64,000 bases of DNA from Gonapodya sp. JEL0774 (Eukaryota), in assembly GCA_027604505.1 (NCBI GenBank), contig JADIIX010000019.1:124001-188000 (forward strand), given 5' to 3'. Below the pieces are notes generated by a model. It was not told the origin of the DNA, made no database searches, and saw only the letters and a list, made by a program, of their open reading frames with translations. Below, piece after piece: positions 12,325 through 26,022 of the stretch. Position 1 is the first letter of the stretch. The number at the start of each line of letters is the position of its first letter. The position numbers and the translations under genes are program-made.

Positions 12325-13983
12325 ATGGGCCAGTCACGCAGAAAGGTGGACCTTCAATCGCTTGTGCGACCAAACATCTGGTCGTTGGAGGCATACCGGG
12401 CAGCACGGGATGATTATTCAGAGGGGATTCTTCTTGACGCGAACGAGAACTCACTGGGATCAGCGGTCGACTTTGACAGACAGGCGACATCAGAGGACTA
12501 CCCGAATGGAAATTCCTCGGCAGCCCATAGCCTGTCCCTCGTTTCTCCACCCCTGGACGTCACGGGCTTCTTTGTTTCCTCTCCTCCGGAAACTTCCTTG
12601 CACCCGACAGACCCCGATGTCCACGCGAATCGTTATCCCGACCCTCATCAAACGAAACTTAAGCAACTTATTGCTGATTATCGGAATCTCCCCTCTCCAG
12701 GGCCGGACCATCTGTTCTTGGGCGTCGGTTCTGACGAGTGCATTGACATTTTAATGAGGGTGTTTTGCACACCAGGAAAGGATGCTGTGCTCATCACGCC
12801 GCCTACTTACGGAATGTATCGAACATCAGCTGAGATAAACGACGTAAGGATTGTGCAAGTCCCGCTCATGGTGCCTGGACCAAATATCGCGAGGAAGGAT
12901 ATATACCAATTAGATGTCCCCAAGGTTAGTGACCACTAGGATACCAATTTGGGCTTTCTATGACATTGAATGCCACTTGGAACTGAGACCGTGAGAAATT
13001 CTGGATTTCTCGTACCCGGACCCCAAATTGCCATTCCATTCTCTGCCATTACAATAGCAGCGCTCTGAACTAATACTTATCTTCCATAGATCAAAGCAGT
13101 TTTGCAAGCTGATCAAACCATCAAGCTCCTTATTCTTTGCAGTCCAGGCAACCCCACTGCCACTGCCCTCCGCCTTTCTGATATCCGAGAATTACTAGAA
13201 TTCGAGGGGTGGAATGGCATTGTTGTCGTCGACGAGGCTTATGTTGACTTCGTTGAAGGTGACGGTGTGGGATCGGTGGGGACCTGGGTTAAGGATTACG
13301 GGAACCTTGTTGTCAGTCAAACGTTGAGCAAAGCATTCGGTATGGCAGGCGTAAGGTATGCGGCTCTGCATATATGTGAATCGCTGGATTCTCAAATTCT
13401 ACAATTCAATCCGACGTGCTTTTTCGACCGCCCTTCGGGTGTAAGGCTCGGCATGGCAATTACGAATCCCCAAATTGCAGCTATTCTCAACAAAACCAAG
13501 GCTCCCTACAACATATCCTCTCCAACATCGATTCTCGGAAGGCGAGCGCTATCCCCGGAAGGTCTCGCAATGATGCACGTGTGTAAAACGATACTTTTGC
13601 TTGATGTTCGTGACGCCCGTTACCCACTTCACCACCTTCCTTGATCTCGATATTAGGCGAAAATTGCTACCCTCATTGACAATCGAGCTGTGCTTCTCGA
13701 CCATCTATCGAAAATTCCTTCCCTGCTGCCTCCTTACGCAGATTCTCATGCGAATTTCGTTCTAGTTCCAGTTCTCACAGGTCCCGGTGGTAAGCCATCG
13801 TCCTCTCGAGCAAAATACGCTTATAAAAAGCTTGCCGAGGAGATGGGTGTAGTTGTCAGGTTTAGAGGTGGCGAGTACGGATGTGAAGGCTGCTTGAGGA
13901 TCACTGTTGGTGGGAAACAAGAAAATGAGGCGGTCGCACGGCGGCTGGCGGAAGTATTGTCGGAGAAGTGGGAGGAAGATTAG
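12325..13983 (+). CDS. HIS5: Histidinol-phosphate aminotransferase
   Basis: LVRPNI, ARDDYSEGILLDANEN, NRYPDPHQ, GVGSDECID, PPTYGMY, CSPGNPT, VVVDEAYVDF, PLP-lysine motif TLSKAFGMAGVR, ANFVL, LRITVG. Confidence 0.95.
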
Positions 13984-14544
13984 CTACAGATGAACATAGC
14001 ATACACATAGATCTTGAGCAGGAGAACGAGTTCCTCATACACAGAACTAAATCCTTCTGCGATATCACAGATTCTCGGAGCTCTCGAACTTGCTGTGACC
14101 TCCACTCCGCCCATGCACTCTCAAATGGTATTATTGGGTCACTAGAGCTCACCGTATTGATACCTTGCCGGGGTTCCTGCTTGGATGCATGAGGTAATCG
14201 ACAAACACGAGGGGTATTAATGGAAGCGATTACGAGTGTCTATTTTGTGATAGTGAGTCACGGCAGACAGACTTTCCCCTGCGACCAGTGTAACATAATC
14301 GTAGCATAGTTGAAGTAACGACAAAAATTATTCATGAAAGCGTTGTCGTGCGCTGATCTGGTCACGTTCTGGTTGGTGGTTGCGACCATGGGGGCTAATT
14401 GTGTTGCCCACAACACAAAGTGAGAATATGCCTCCCCCAAGATCGGTTCACGAAGGTTCCCTGAAAAGTGGTTATCCAAGGTTTACCATGATTTCAATGG
14501 GATTACGCGGGTGAAGCAGTTTTCAGTTAAATTGTTTTCTCTTT

Positions 14545-15840
14545 TCAAGAGCGGGTATATTTGACCCTTTGCAGTAGAAGTACGTGATCTACGCGAGATA
14601 ATTCAACAAGTCTTCACACGATAAGACCAGTGACGGCAAGCACGGGTGAAGAAAAGGGCCACCAGCCAACTGGGACCGCAACAGTGAACTCACCCTTTGA
14701 CTGCTTCTCTCACTCGACCCATCTCTACTTCCACCTTTGCAGCATCTGCACGGTCTGGCATGGAGGAGACTTGTACAAGCCACACATCTGCAGCGTTTGG
14801 AGCTGAAGGGTTGAGAGGGGCCTCCACGGGTGAGATGAGACTATTCACAGGGAGAGCAGGCGGGTGGAATGGATGAAAAGGTTGGAGCGAGGACGGGTTC
14901 ATGAAAGCAGGGACCTGGTTGTTGACTGTAACTGTAAGGAGGTGATCAATAGGTCCACAGCGGCTGGACCCACTCTCTCGATTCGGGCGACAGTGATACG
15001 AAGATATCGAGCTGCTCCTGCTCCACCATACGAGTCTAGACCAGACTCCATGTCTAGAATCCGCAAGTAGAAGTCATAGCCACGGCGGACGAACTCGCCG
15101 GAGAATCTATAATTGCAGTGTCATGGTCAAAAAATAAAGGCATTGGATGCACCCACGGACAATCCCTCCGTTCCAAGTATGCTTACTTGTATCCCAATGC
15201 TTTGAGGTATGTGATTGGATCCCCAGCCTCGAAATCGCAGAGAACCACGGGGCGGCACGTTGCAGCTTCATATGTTATGTCCGGATTGGAAAACTGGAGA
15301 AGAGTCCTAAATCAACAAAAGTGATGAATGGCAACCATGCCTTTGATGTCCTAAAATAACATATCGTGCAATAAGCTCACCAGTGTCGCTCCTCCAATGG
15401 AATGATTCCCGCAGATTCGGTCACGACATTCTTTCCCGGCCGCCGTTTCCGCCCACCGCGTTCAAGAAAAGTAGATCGCAGTCGTAGCAAGAGGTCATCG
15501 TTGCGTTGCGGACCGGGCGGTGTCTCCACTGATGTGTGGATTCAAGTGCTTTTGCTCAAACAACCGTCCACCCTTGACCCAATTGATTCACACTCGTTCG
15601 CAGCCGTTTGAGGACCGAAACCCACGTTAACGCACCGGCGGGTACAAATACGATCTCATGCTCGAAGAGGTCCGCGCCAAGGGTTTCGTCGCCCAATGCA
15701 GCTGATCCTTTTGTGAGATCCCCACAAAAGGCACACAGGCGATCGAGAAGCGTCTCGAGCGTTGCGCCCGGTGAGGGCTGGAAGAGACCGTGGAGGGAGA
15801 GCTCAGCGACGGAGATCGGTGGTCCAGGAGCAGAGCTCAT
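14545..15840 (-). CDS. MED18: Mediator subunit 18 (Srb5)
   Basis: ELSLHG..LLDRLCAFCG, FEHEIVFVP, YLKALGYKFSGEFVRRGYDFY, VWLVQV and last exon GLVELSRVDHVLL..RS*. Confidence 0.82.
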
Positions 15841-16027
15841 TATTGGACACCTCTTGCTCGAACAGTGACTAGGACCCCAGGATTTCCGAACACTCATTCA
15901 CTTACTGGAACCCTCCCCCGAGAGCGATGGCAAGGAAGTGGATATTCTCCAAGTCGCATTCTCATTCGTAACAACAACTGATCATAATTTATTTCAGCAG
16001 AAGACAACACCGCGACCTTGCTTCCTA

Positions 16028-17130
16028 TTAAGCCAACACGGCCGCTACAAATGCAAAACTCCCTCCAAGAGCACTCCAAAAGGGCAACAACCTATCCCCA
16101 GCGCCAGCTTTCGCCGCGGGAGAAGAGGTCACAGTAGTAATTGCACTCGTGCTAGCGGAAGCGGTGGTGACGGCTGCGGGTGTTGAAGCCACTGTGGAAG
16201 GAGAACCAGATGCCTTAGTTCCGGACGCTGGAGTGTAGGCTGTGGAAGCGGGAAGAAGCGGGAAGAAGAGCTAGGATCCTTATCCTTTGGCTGTGTGACT
16301 GACCCGTTGCGACGACACCTACTCGTCACAAATGGACCTTCCAAAGAGCACGTAAACTGTGTTGCAGCAATCTGCTTCAAGCCATAGGCACCAGGGCACC
16401 CCGAGCACTGTGATGTGGCAGATCCGAAAATATATGAGGTGTCATTGAATCGCCAGACGTTTAATGTGGTGTTGGCGGGACAGGAAGCAAATGACGAGTT
16501 GGGGGCGTAGGCAAATCCAAGAGAAACGTCACCGACTGCTCCACAACAGCAGCCACCAGATCCAGCGGAGCTAGCATGAAGATTTTTCGGTTGAAATGGG
16601 TCGCTCTATAGAATGGCGTTGTTGGCTAACTGTTGCATGCATACTTGCAGCAAGCCCTAAAATCAGCTCGAGGAGCGGCAGCATTAAACGTATACGCGAA
16701 GGTAACGTTTCCAGCGGAAATGGGCACCGCCGTGGCGACGGTTATACCATCCGCGGAGATGACATCTACAGTGGGCTGAATTTGGTGAACAAAGGTTTGT
16801 GGCAGCAGCGGAGTTAAACGGAAGTCGCAGAAGAAATCCCACCACAAAAGAAAGGCTGACATTTTTGGCGGCGGTCTGTGAAAATGTGCGGAGTGTTATC
16901 GAGAGCAAGAGGACGAATCTCAATGCGAAGAAAGAGTCCCCGTCATCATTGGGGCAGAACGAATTCCTTCGTCTCATTTCCTTCGTCCTCATCTTCAAGG
17001 AGCCCACCTGGCATGATGTTGTGAGTGATGCCGGATCCCAGGAGAGCGAGAGCGGCGTGGGGAGATTCTGGGCCGCTGAGAGACACACAAATGAGGCAGC
17101 CAGGAGACCAATTAAGAGTGAGCGGCCCAT
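16028..17130 (-). CDS. Small secreted Cys-rich, probably GPI-anchored surface protein
   Basis: Signal peptide MGRSLLIGLLAASFVCLSAA, spliced Cys-rich core (ACC, GCCCG, CSGC), Ser/Thr/Ala stalk and hydrophobic tail LLPFWSALGGSFAFVAAVLA*. Confidence 0.7.
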
Positions 17131-18061
17131 TCTTATAAAGAAGAAAAAGGAGAGTTGGAGTAGAAGGGGATGGTAACGGTATAAGAAGGTTCACTTTTCC
17201 TTTTTGAGGGTGATATTATGAACGTCCCTCACCGCACTCCCTCCGGCCACAGCGACTCCCAACACACCTGCTCATTCCCGTTCCCCTCTCTCGCTCTCCA
17301 CTCACTCTATCACCCATTCATGTACTTATTATGCCCGTGTCCTGCAATCCACTTTGCCCCATCCCTATCCCCGCTTTACACCTCCCTCACCCGTTCTCCC
17401 CGTAAAAGCACTTGCAAACTCTCGATTTTATCATCGAGGATTATGTTGACGGACAAGACCTTACTGAGCATTTTAATGTGTGAACAATTTCCATGAACAA
17501 TTTCCATTGCTACAATACATGTCGCTTCCTCGTCATCATGGAGAAACATGTCCATAATTTTATGTTTCCTGCCCAACTCTTGTCTGATTCCGCGAATCAC
17601 CAGTATCTGTCGCTCCGGGCGTTCGAGATATCGTCTCTCCACTAATGGCGGTGACCACAATCCCTGTGAGAGGAAGTTAGATGCCTTCCCGTCGGTTGAG
17701 TGAATGCGCGTGGGGAGTTGGAGATCACAAGAGGGCCTCGATTCGCGAAGAGCCAGAGTCGCGCTTTCTATCGCTATCGGAGATAGTTGAGGCAGCGTAG
17801 AACTTGAGGCCACAAATTAGGTACTCTTCACCACCGACATCTGTTGCGACACGGAGTTCGATTGGCTGGTACATCGCATCTCCAAGTTTGGTTGATAGCC
17901 GCATGCTGTGCACCACTTACGGGGCAGTCAAAGCATTAGCACAGAGCCAGTAACTTATGTATGATCGAACATCTTTGATAGAAATAAGGAATATTGGGGG
18001 TGGAGGGGCGGGGGTGAAGAACTGCTCCCCAACTATTCCTATCAAAGAAAGTTCGATCTCA

Positions 18062-20548
18062 ATGGCTCTCCGTTTTGACCAGCAAACTGTTGCAGTGACT
18101 GGATCTGGGAGAGGGCTTGGACGAAGGTATGGTCGATTGTCCAATTGCTGTCGTCGGATTGTTACCGGAATCGGAAGTTGATTAATTCAAACACTCTGTC
18201 TCCCTCGAGTTCAGTCACGCTCTTTTCTTCGCATCCCGTGGCGCCAACGTGCTCATCAATGACACAGGTGCACAGACAACTCGCGGTGATCTTGTCCCGG
18301 ACCCAGAGAAGACGATATCAGTCGCCGAGACAACCTCGAATTTTATCAATTCGAACGGCACCGCCAAATCCGGGTTCACAACTGTTTCTGCAGAATTCGG
18401 AGACGCTGTGGTCCGCCAAGCTCTGATCCAATTTGGCAGGCTCGACGTGTTGGTCGTCAACGCTGGAATTTTAAGGTCGGCGAGGCTCGAGAGGATGAGT
18501 GAATCCGCTTTTGATGCCATGTGGCGAGTCAATGTGAAGGGCGCTTATTCAGCTATACGAGCAGCTTGGCCTGTGTTTCTGAAGCAAGTGTGCACATGTG
18601 TCGTTGCCTGTGTTCATCTCCCGCGCTGCGGAGCTCAATATGATTCCTGTTGTTCCCATCCTTCACCAACCAGGGGTATGGGCGCATCGTCCTCACAAGC
18701 TCTACGAGTGGTACATTTGGATCCTTTGGGGGAACAAACTGTGAGGGCCAGTGACCGACCTGCCCACACTTGGGTCGTTACGATTGCTCGTACCTCATAC
18801 CCGTCACCGTTACCCACGTTAACTCCTCAGACGGTTCCTCTAAAAACGCGCTCATTGGCTTCCTCCTCTCGATTTCGTCTCTCATTGAGTCACTTCCTGG
18901 CGACCCAGACATTTCCATCAGTGCCGTGTGCCCATTTGCATTCACCCGTATGAGCTCAACCGTCATGCGAGAACAACCATCCCCGGAAGGTCTCTCTCCC
19001 GATAACGTTGCTCCCGTCGTGGCCATGCTTGCTTCGAAGGAGTACGGGAAGGCGTGTAACGGAGACGTCTGGCTCGCTGGTTATGGGTAAGCACTGATTC
19101 TTGGATGACGGCACACTTTTTCGTACGTAACGATTGTGATCGTCTCTTTATTTTTTGCACTTTTGTGCAGTCATTACGGTAGGATGGAGTTGGAACCAGC
19201 TGTTCACATCCCTCGTCTCCACCACTCCGATCCGCGGTCGGCCTTGCGCGGCTTCCGTTGTGTCGTTGTAGGCTCCGGAGGAAATTCACATCGTGAGTTG
19301 GCTACCAGGCTCGGAGGTTCCGGACTGGGTAACAGGGTGGTTCAGGTGGTGGTGAACGATGGGAAGTGGAGTGAGGACAAAATGGTGGATGGCGTGGAAA
19401 AGCAGCTGAGTGGTGAGGTGGATTTATGCATATTTGATTATAGTGGTGAGTGCTGCGTCCGTACAAGAGAAGCGCGTTGGCGTGGGCCTGATGGATCCAA
19501 CACAACTCGATAGACGCCGCACTCTCCTCTCCTTACCCCCTTCCCTTCACACATTCGAGCGTCCCCGACACAGATTTGGACGCTTCGCTCGACTATCTCA
19601 CCTCCCTCCATCGCTCCTACCTGCTGCCAACACTCAAAATCGCCCAGTTCGTGTACGCCCGTATGCGGCGGAAAGAACGACCAAATGGACGCTTTGTGTC
19701 TTTTGTGAGAGCAGATATAGGGAGGGAAGGTGCCAGGACGGCGGACGGGAGAATGGTCGTAGGGCCCGAGTGGAACAGCGGTGAGGGATCGATGACCATT
19801 CTCGGTCACTGCCACATCGATGGTTTAAATCAAGTTATCTGGGACCGTATCTAATCGTTCGATAGCCGCTTTTGCGATACACGCACTCCTTCAAGTCCTG
19901 ACCGTCGAGTCGCAGTACTTCTCGTTCGACATTACCGGTCACACTGTCGCGCTTCATCCGGTACAATTGGGGGACACCGGAGGTGTGCGCCCTGCAGCGT
20001 GCCTCGCTGTTGTTGCCGAGTTGATGGGGGAGCGGGGTGGCGAGACTGCAAAAATGTGCATTTTCAATGTGAGTCTCAGAGACTATTTTTGAACGAGAAT
20101 TGGCGTCCTTGTAAATTTTGGAGATCACGAAAGCTTACCAGTTGGTTTTGTCCAGGGCTTTCCTCTTGCTTGGCGTGCTTCTCCCGGCTCTCAGCTTTCA
20201 ATCCCACCACCGTTCAGCGTTGCTCCATATCCATCCCAATTCTCGCAATTCAGAACCGACGATGTCATTGAAGAGCTACAAAATGGTTGGAAAGTGGCGT
20301 CCAATGTTTACGCTGATGGCAGCTATTGGCCCAAGTCAGAGCCCGAGGTGAGTGTTTAAATTTCATCAGTTGAGGCTCCGACATTCACACTATACTTATA
20401 TTTGGTCAAGGCGGCAGCACCAGCCATCGCACATGTCAACCAGTGGCTCGCTCGATGGTTTCCAAACTATGTTCCAGAAGACGTACTCGGAGTACACGGC
20501 AAAAAGGGAAAGTTTGAAGAAAATGTTCCCAAAAACTCCCGACTCTGA
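18062..20548 (+). CDS. Peroxisomal FOX2/HSD17B4-like short-chain dehydrogenase with tandem SDR domains, ending in PTS1 SRL
   Basis: MALRFDQQTVAVTGSGRGLGR, ASRGANVLIND, FGRLDVLVVNAGILR, AAWPVFLKQ, catalytic YGSSK (Tyr codon split by an intron), PDNVAPVVAMLAS. Last exon ends NVPKNSRL*. Confidence 0.8.
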
Positions 20549-20739
20549 GGGTGGGCCTCAAAGTCCCATTCGATATTATGTGTACCAGAACGTAGCATAA
20601 ACACGATAGCGGCAGAGCTTTAAGTACACTGTACATATCCGGGCACTAAATTCGCGATGAATTGCGACAAGAAACTTGCAAATCGATTGACCAAAAAATA
20701 CGAGTGGAAGATTACCCCAATATGCGTACATAAGATCCG

Positions 20740-23700
20740 TCACATCGCACCCATCCCTTTCAATCTTCTCTTGACACCAGACAGCTCCTTCTCAACATCG
20801 TCGAGGCGCTGCTCGAGTTCCTCACGCCGACGTCGAGCGTCCGGAGCTCGAGAAGGTAGGCGAGAGAGCGTAGTTTGGAGGAGCGTCTGTTAATGGAAAA
20901 TGGACGCAAAATTCAATTTGCGGACATGAATACTATGAACCAAGATTACCCACCTTTTCTTCACCAACTTCCCGCAGCTTTCTCTCTAAAGTTTCCACTG
21001 TCATGCGATACTCCTCTACCGTTGTCCATTTATCTGGAGCATGATTGTTACCTTCACTGCCTGCCCCCAGAACAAGGCCAGGTGCGATTACAGGATCCGC
21101 TCGAAAAAAGTCATCAGCTAACGAACGAGGTCGAGGACGAACCGACGAAGGGGCACTCGTCGTTGCAGATACGGATGCAGTTGGCTGTAGAGATCTCTCT
21201 GTCACTGTCAATGCGCCAACGCCGGTTCCACTGGTGGTGATGGGCGTCGACATTTTCGAGATCCCGCGCACGCCTTGGGCGACAGCAGCTGTCTCTCCTA
21301 TCAGAGAGCCTGGCTCCCACCTGGTGGAAGACGCAACTATTATCCCTATTCCTTCATCTCTGGGCATATACCTCGTCTCTTCTGTTGGCCCTGCGAGAGA
21401 TTCTGGGAACGAAGGAGTTCGCCGTTGATCCATTGCAGCCGAAGAGAATGCGGACTGACTCGAAGATCCACCGACAGACGTTCTGGGTCGCGACGGCGAA
21501 GCCGATGAAGTCGTTGTCGTAAGGAGGGTGTAGCCGCTTGCGCCTCTGGAACCCCGTGCACTGAGCCCAGTGTCTACAGTACGGGATTCCTGAAGTTTCC
21601 GAAATGATATGGGGCGAGATAAAGCTGGAGAGGTGGCCGAAGACGATCCCGGAAGCGATGGCAAGAAAGTAGGGAGCCCAGGGTAGAGTACCGAGTCTGA
21701 GGACATGCGATTCGGGCCGCGATCTTTCATGGGCTTGGGGTTTTCCGTGAAGGCAACCCCAAACTCGTCTTCGGAGCCACCGACTTCTTGGCCGTTTGCA
21801 TTGTAACCATCCACGAATCTGTCCTGCTCTCTTCGCCCATAATCCCCATCATCGTATCTGTATGCATAACCCGCAGCTCCACTCTGAACGATTGTCATGT
21901 ACACCTTCTCAAGGTGCTCGTACCTTGCTCCTAACTCCCCAAGTGAGCGGCGGACTGCCAAGAGTTCCGCAGCAAGATGGGCCGCATGAGAAACGGCGGC
22001 TAATGAGTAATATGTGCATAAACGTCAGCTAGCGGCATTAATTGAACAGTGGCAAGCTCTCGATCACCCACCATTTTCCCTCTCCTCGGCTTCTTCCCTC
22101 CTTCGCCTCTCCTCCTGCAATTCGGAACCTTCCCTCCTCATTCCCCCAATTACTTCCCTCACAGTTCCTCTGACCTCTTCCAGCTCCTCTTCCCACGCTC
22201 TCGCCTCCTCCTCCCTTTCCCTTCTTTCTTCCCTGCTCACCTCTTCCATCCTCTTCAACTCTCCTTCAGCAGTCTCAGCTCGCTCTCGCCACTTCAAAAT
22301 CTCCCTGCCACTCTCCAAAAGTTGCTCTCTCGCCTGTATGACTTCGCCATCCTTTACTTCGAACGCTGCTTCCAGTTCCGCCCCTTTATCGACTAAAAGC
22401 TCCATATCCCTTCCTAGATCGTCACGCAGCGCTTCGGCACGCTCCCGCTCTCGTACCGCATCGTCCCGTTGAGCAAGGGCTCTGTCACGCTCTGCAATGG
22501 CCATCGAGAGAGTATGGGAGAGAAGGTCGTGATCAGCAGCAATCGAGTGGGCATGGTTCAATAGCCGAGCGAGTTGCATATGGAGGAGCGCGGGGGGTGC
22601 CGATGCCGGCGGGGGCGTGAGAAAATGGTAGGGAAGCTTGAGGAACTCCTCGCCCGTGGTCATAGGACCTAACGGCGGGGCGTCCGAACGAAACTGGGTC
22701 GTTGTACGCAAGGCTGGAGGCAGTGTTCCTATATCCGAGTGAGCTGATCCTGGAACTCCGTCTTTTCCATTCTGCCGCTCCCTGCCCATCAAAGTAACAG
22801 CTAACCGTCCGTCAATCTCTGTCGGTCTCGAAGGTTTTGGTGAGCTGGACCGTGACCTGGGTAGAGCCACGCGCATTGAATGTTGCCCCGTCGACGGAAA
22901 TGGTGCTGAGGGGCGCGGCGCATTGGGACGTGGGTAGGTGCTGGTGCTTGATTCCGCACTTGCGCTGTCATGTAGATCCTGGCGGGATGATGCGGGAAGC
23001 GAAAATGAGGCCAAAACTTCCCCACGCTGAGCAGACGCCACAGACCCAGATGAGGATACGAAGGTCGATTCGAAAGTGATCGGTCGAATATACTGTTCGT
23101 CAGCTTCGTTGTTTCGCATTAACTCCCGGACCGCATTCCTATCGGGCCCTCCTTTGAACACTGTGTGCATATGATTTGCTGAACCCGTTGATTGGGTAGG
23201 ACCCATCTCCATATCGGTCACAGAGCCAGTCGCGAGATCCTCCACCCGCATAGCAGCATCGGGAATCGAAGCAACGGCCGAGACCGACGCTGATTCAGAT
23301 CCTGATGGAGTGCCGGCGGGTTTCTGAGAGTAAAATCCAGAAGACATATGTGAAGACGATATTGACGAAGAAACCGACAGAGTTAACTCCGGATCGGGCA
23401 AAGGGGTGGAAATAGTCCGTTCACTACTGTCCACGTCATGATGCAAGTTGTCACCATTAATTTGCTTCTTCGACAACCCACGAGTAGAATTCTGTCCGTT
23501 TGGCGACCTTGTGTCCTCTTGGAATGCCGTGTGGCGACGGCTTTCTGGGGATTGTTCTGGAGCTGAGCTACGGTGGTGAAGGTCACCAGGTAGATCATCA
23601 CTACTACCGGAGCTTACTCTGGAAAGTTTCGCTGTGGTGTGGGCGTGGTCAGTGAGGTCATGTCGCAGTGCATGGGAAAGGTCATGCAGATTAGATACGT

Positions 23701-25360
23701 CAAATGCTGGAGCTGGCATGCGAGGTCGAATTAGAGGAAGCTCGCGGGTAAGGGACAACTGTTGACGAGACAAGGGTTTCCCATCGGAGAGTAACGTCGC
23801 AGGTCCAGAAAGATCGTCTGTGTCAGAATGCGATTGGACTGGTGGGGACGACAGTTCTCTATCCCTCCGAGTAGCATCCGTCCAAGTCCGTGTCGGGGTA
23901 ACGGACACGCTGGTGGCGGCAGTAGTGGAGAGGCTGGGAAGGGTTGATAGTGGCAGGGTCTCAGAGGTTAAGGTAGTGTCCAACTTCGTTACCCGCTGTG
24001 GTTTTGAGGGCGAAGAGGAAAGCCCCTGGGAGGCAGTACGGGGCAGGCTTTTGGGTGTGTGTGGCGATGGGAACGGTGACTGTGTGCGATTCGGAGTACA
24101 AGTTCGATCGTTCGCTGCACCAAGGTCATTTTCTCCCATCCCATGAGAATGATCGCTCGTTCCGTGCATGTCTTGGCTCCACGATTTATACCTGGGCCAA
24201 TTGCGTGTTACCGCACTCTCTTCATCCACTCGCCGCTGTCTAATTTCGTCGATGGCTCCTTCCCTCTCTGGCACATCAACTGGTCTGACACCATCGAGCT
24301 GTTGGTCCACGAAATGAGGGTGGTGATCCCGCGTCCTGCTGTCCAGGTTCAAGCTGCGGCGACCCCGCGACGGCATCCAGTGTGGGTCAGGAAGAGGCTG
24401 GGAGCGGTCAGAGGAGTCAGAGAATGGTGAGGGCAGTGATTGATCTGCAAGTTGCGATGAGTCGAAAGGGTCGTGCGGTGCTAGAGAGGAGTCGAAGGGA
24501 TGGAATCGGTCAGAATGGCGGTGTGGTGAATTCAACGAGGAGGAGTGAGAGGGAGAAAGGGGAATGAACGAGGAGTCGGAGGGGAGCTGAGCAATATCGG
24601 GAGAGCCAGGGGGGAATTGGCTTCGCTGGAGGGGGCTCAAAGGGAACGAAGGATTGGGTGGTGCAATTGCAGATTCCGCTGTGAGATGGAGTTGGCGGGC
24701 AAAGGTTGCAAAGTCACCGAGTTGGGGTGGTAAACGGAAGGATGGGGAAGTAGGCTCTGAAAGTGCAGGAGAAAGTGGGGAGGAGAGTGACACAGAAGAT
24801 GCTGCAGAGATTGGTGAGCTAGTTGCAGAAGAGGTTGCCACCAAGTCCGGAACCTCGGGTGGTTGTGGTGGGTCTTCTGAGTATTTATCGTGACGTGCAC
24901 CTCCACTCGAGTTCTTTCCCGAATCGCCACTCGAATCGCCACTTGAATTGGCAAAGACAGAATCAGAGTCAGATTCATAACCTCTCTGGCGCTGGAACTT
25001 GGGCACCCGCGGAAGCATTTGCTTCGGTGCCACTTCTTCCATACCCTCTATTGCGACTGTGTCTGCTCTACCGACATGAGGATCGCCCACACTGTGTCCC
25101 CGTCTACGCCGCGCCCACGCCCACAGTTTGCCTTCTACGCGGTTGCCGTTTGCATTGTCTCTTCCGGAGAGCCGTCGCCACAACCCTCCACTACGAACAT
25201 CCTTATTGCCACTCGTGTCGGTGTTACTAGCAAAGGCAGAATCCTCGTGTCCGTCTTCTGGACTTCCTTTGTGGTTTGTGATATCCCGTTCCTCTTCGTC
25301 GCCGTAGAGCGGGTATAACGGGTTATGATCAATCTCGTCTTCCTGAAGCATTTCTGTCAT
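20740..25360 (-). CDS. Large low-complexity/coiled-coil protein with MPHOSPH9-like C-terminal helical motif
   Basis: 1098-aa and 342-aa ORFs (Ser/Pro-rich, central coiled coil) plus a last exon at 20740-20886 encoding TLLQTTLSRLPSRAPDARRRREELEQRLDDVEKELSGVKRRLKGMGAM*. Confidence 0.75.
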
Positions 25361-26022
25361 CGTTGTTCCTGCTTTCCATTTTCCGTATCCGTATCGATCG
25401 CTAGTGCTGTTTATCAGCAGCCCACAACCCTCGCCGCATTCAAATCGGAGCGTCGTTTGCGTTACTGCAAGTGGGTTCCAAATGTGCCGACCACAGTTCC
25501 CTCACTCCGGTCTGCACTGTAAACCACGATGGGAGATTTCCATGCAGTTAGACAGCTTTTGAGCTTGGACAGAGTGGCTCGCATCCCTTTTGAGTTCTCA
25601 ATACATGAACAAAGTATTTTGGGATAAATCTCTGGTGACTTTTTCATTGCAGTTCGCAAAATAAGCTGCGGATTCTCAGCACTCCCTAGTACGCTTCCAG
25701 CATTGGAAGTGTGAAGTGTTGATTGTCCTTTGAACATGGAAGCTTGAAGTTGGACGTTAGAGAGATTTGAGAGATTACTACGATGGATACCAACCCCACC
25801 TACTAGGATGGGAAGCTCGCCCCTCAGGTGGGGTATGAGCGTATCGAGCACCCAGACTAAACCCCACCGACATGGTGGGATACTTTGGTTGCAGTCAGAC
25901 AGAATTATGTAATTACAGGAATCATTTTTTGGTTGGGGAGAGCCGCTCACGTGCTGTGGTGACACCTACCCGGCCCGCATTTCTGATATTTAGGATCAGT
26001 CATCACCGATATCTGCAGTAGG

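Noticed and set aside
13901..14479. Short minus-strand ORFs between HIS5 and MED18
   Set aside because: No motif, and they overlap the HIS5 stop and presumed 3'UTRs. MED18 already terminates at 14545.
17376..17920. Minus-strand ORFs with a good-looking branch point/acceptor (ctaac..cacag) near 17664
   Set aside because: I could not assemble an in-frame spliced CDS with a start codon, and there is no recognisable domain.
25462..25965. 167-aa minus-strand ORF upstream of the large coiled-coil gene
   Set aside because: Non-ATG start and no motif. Probably promoter/UTR sequence.
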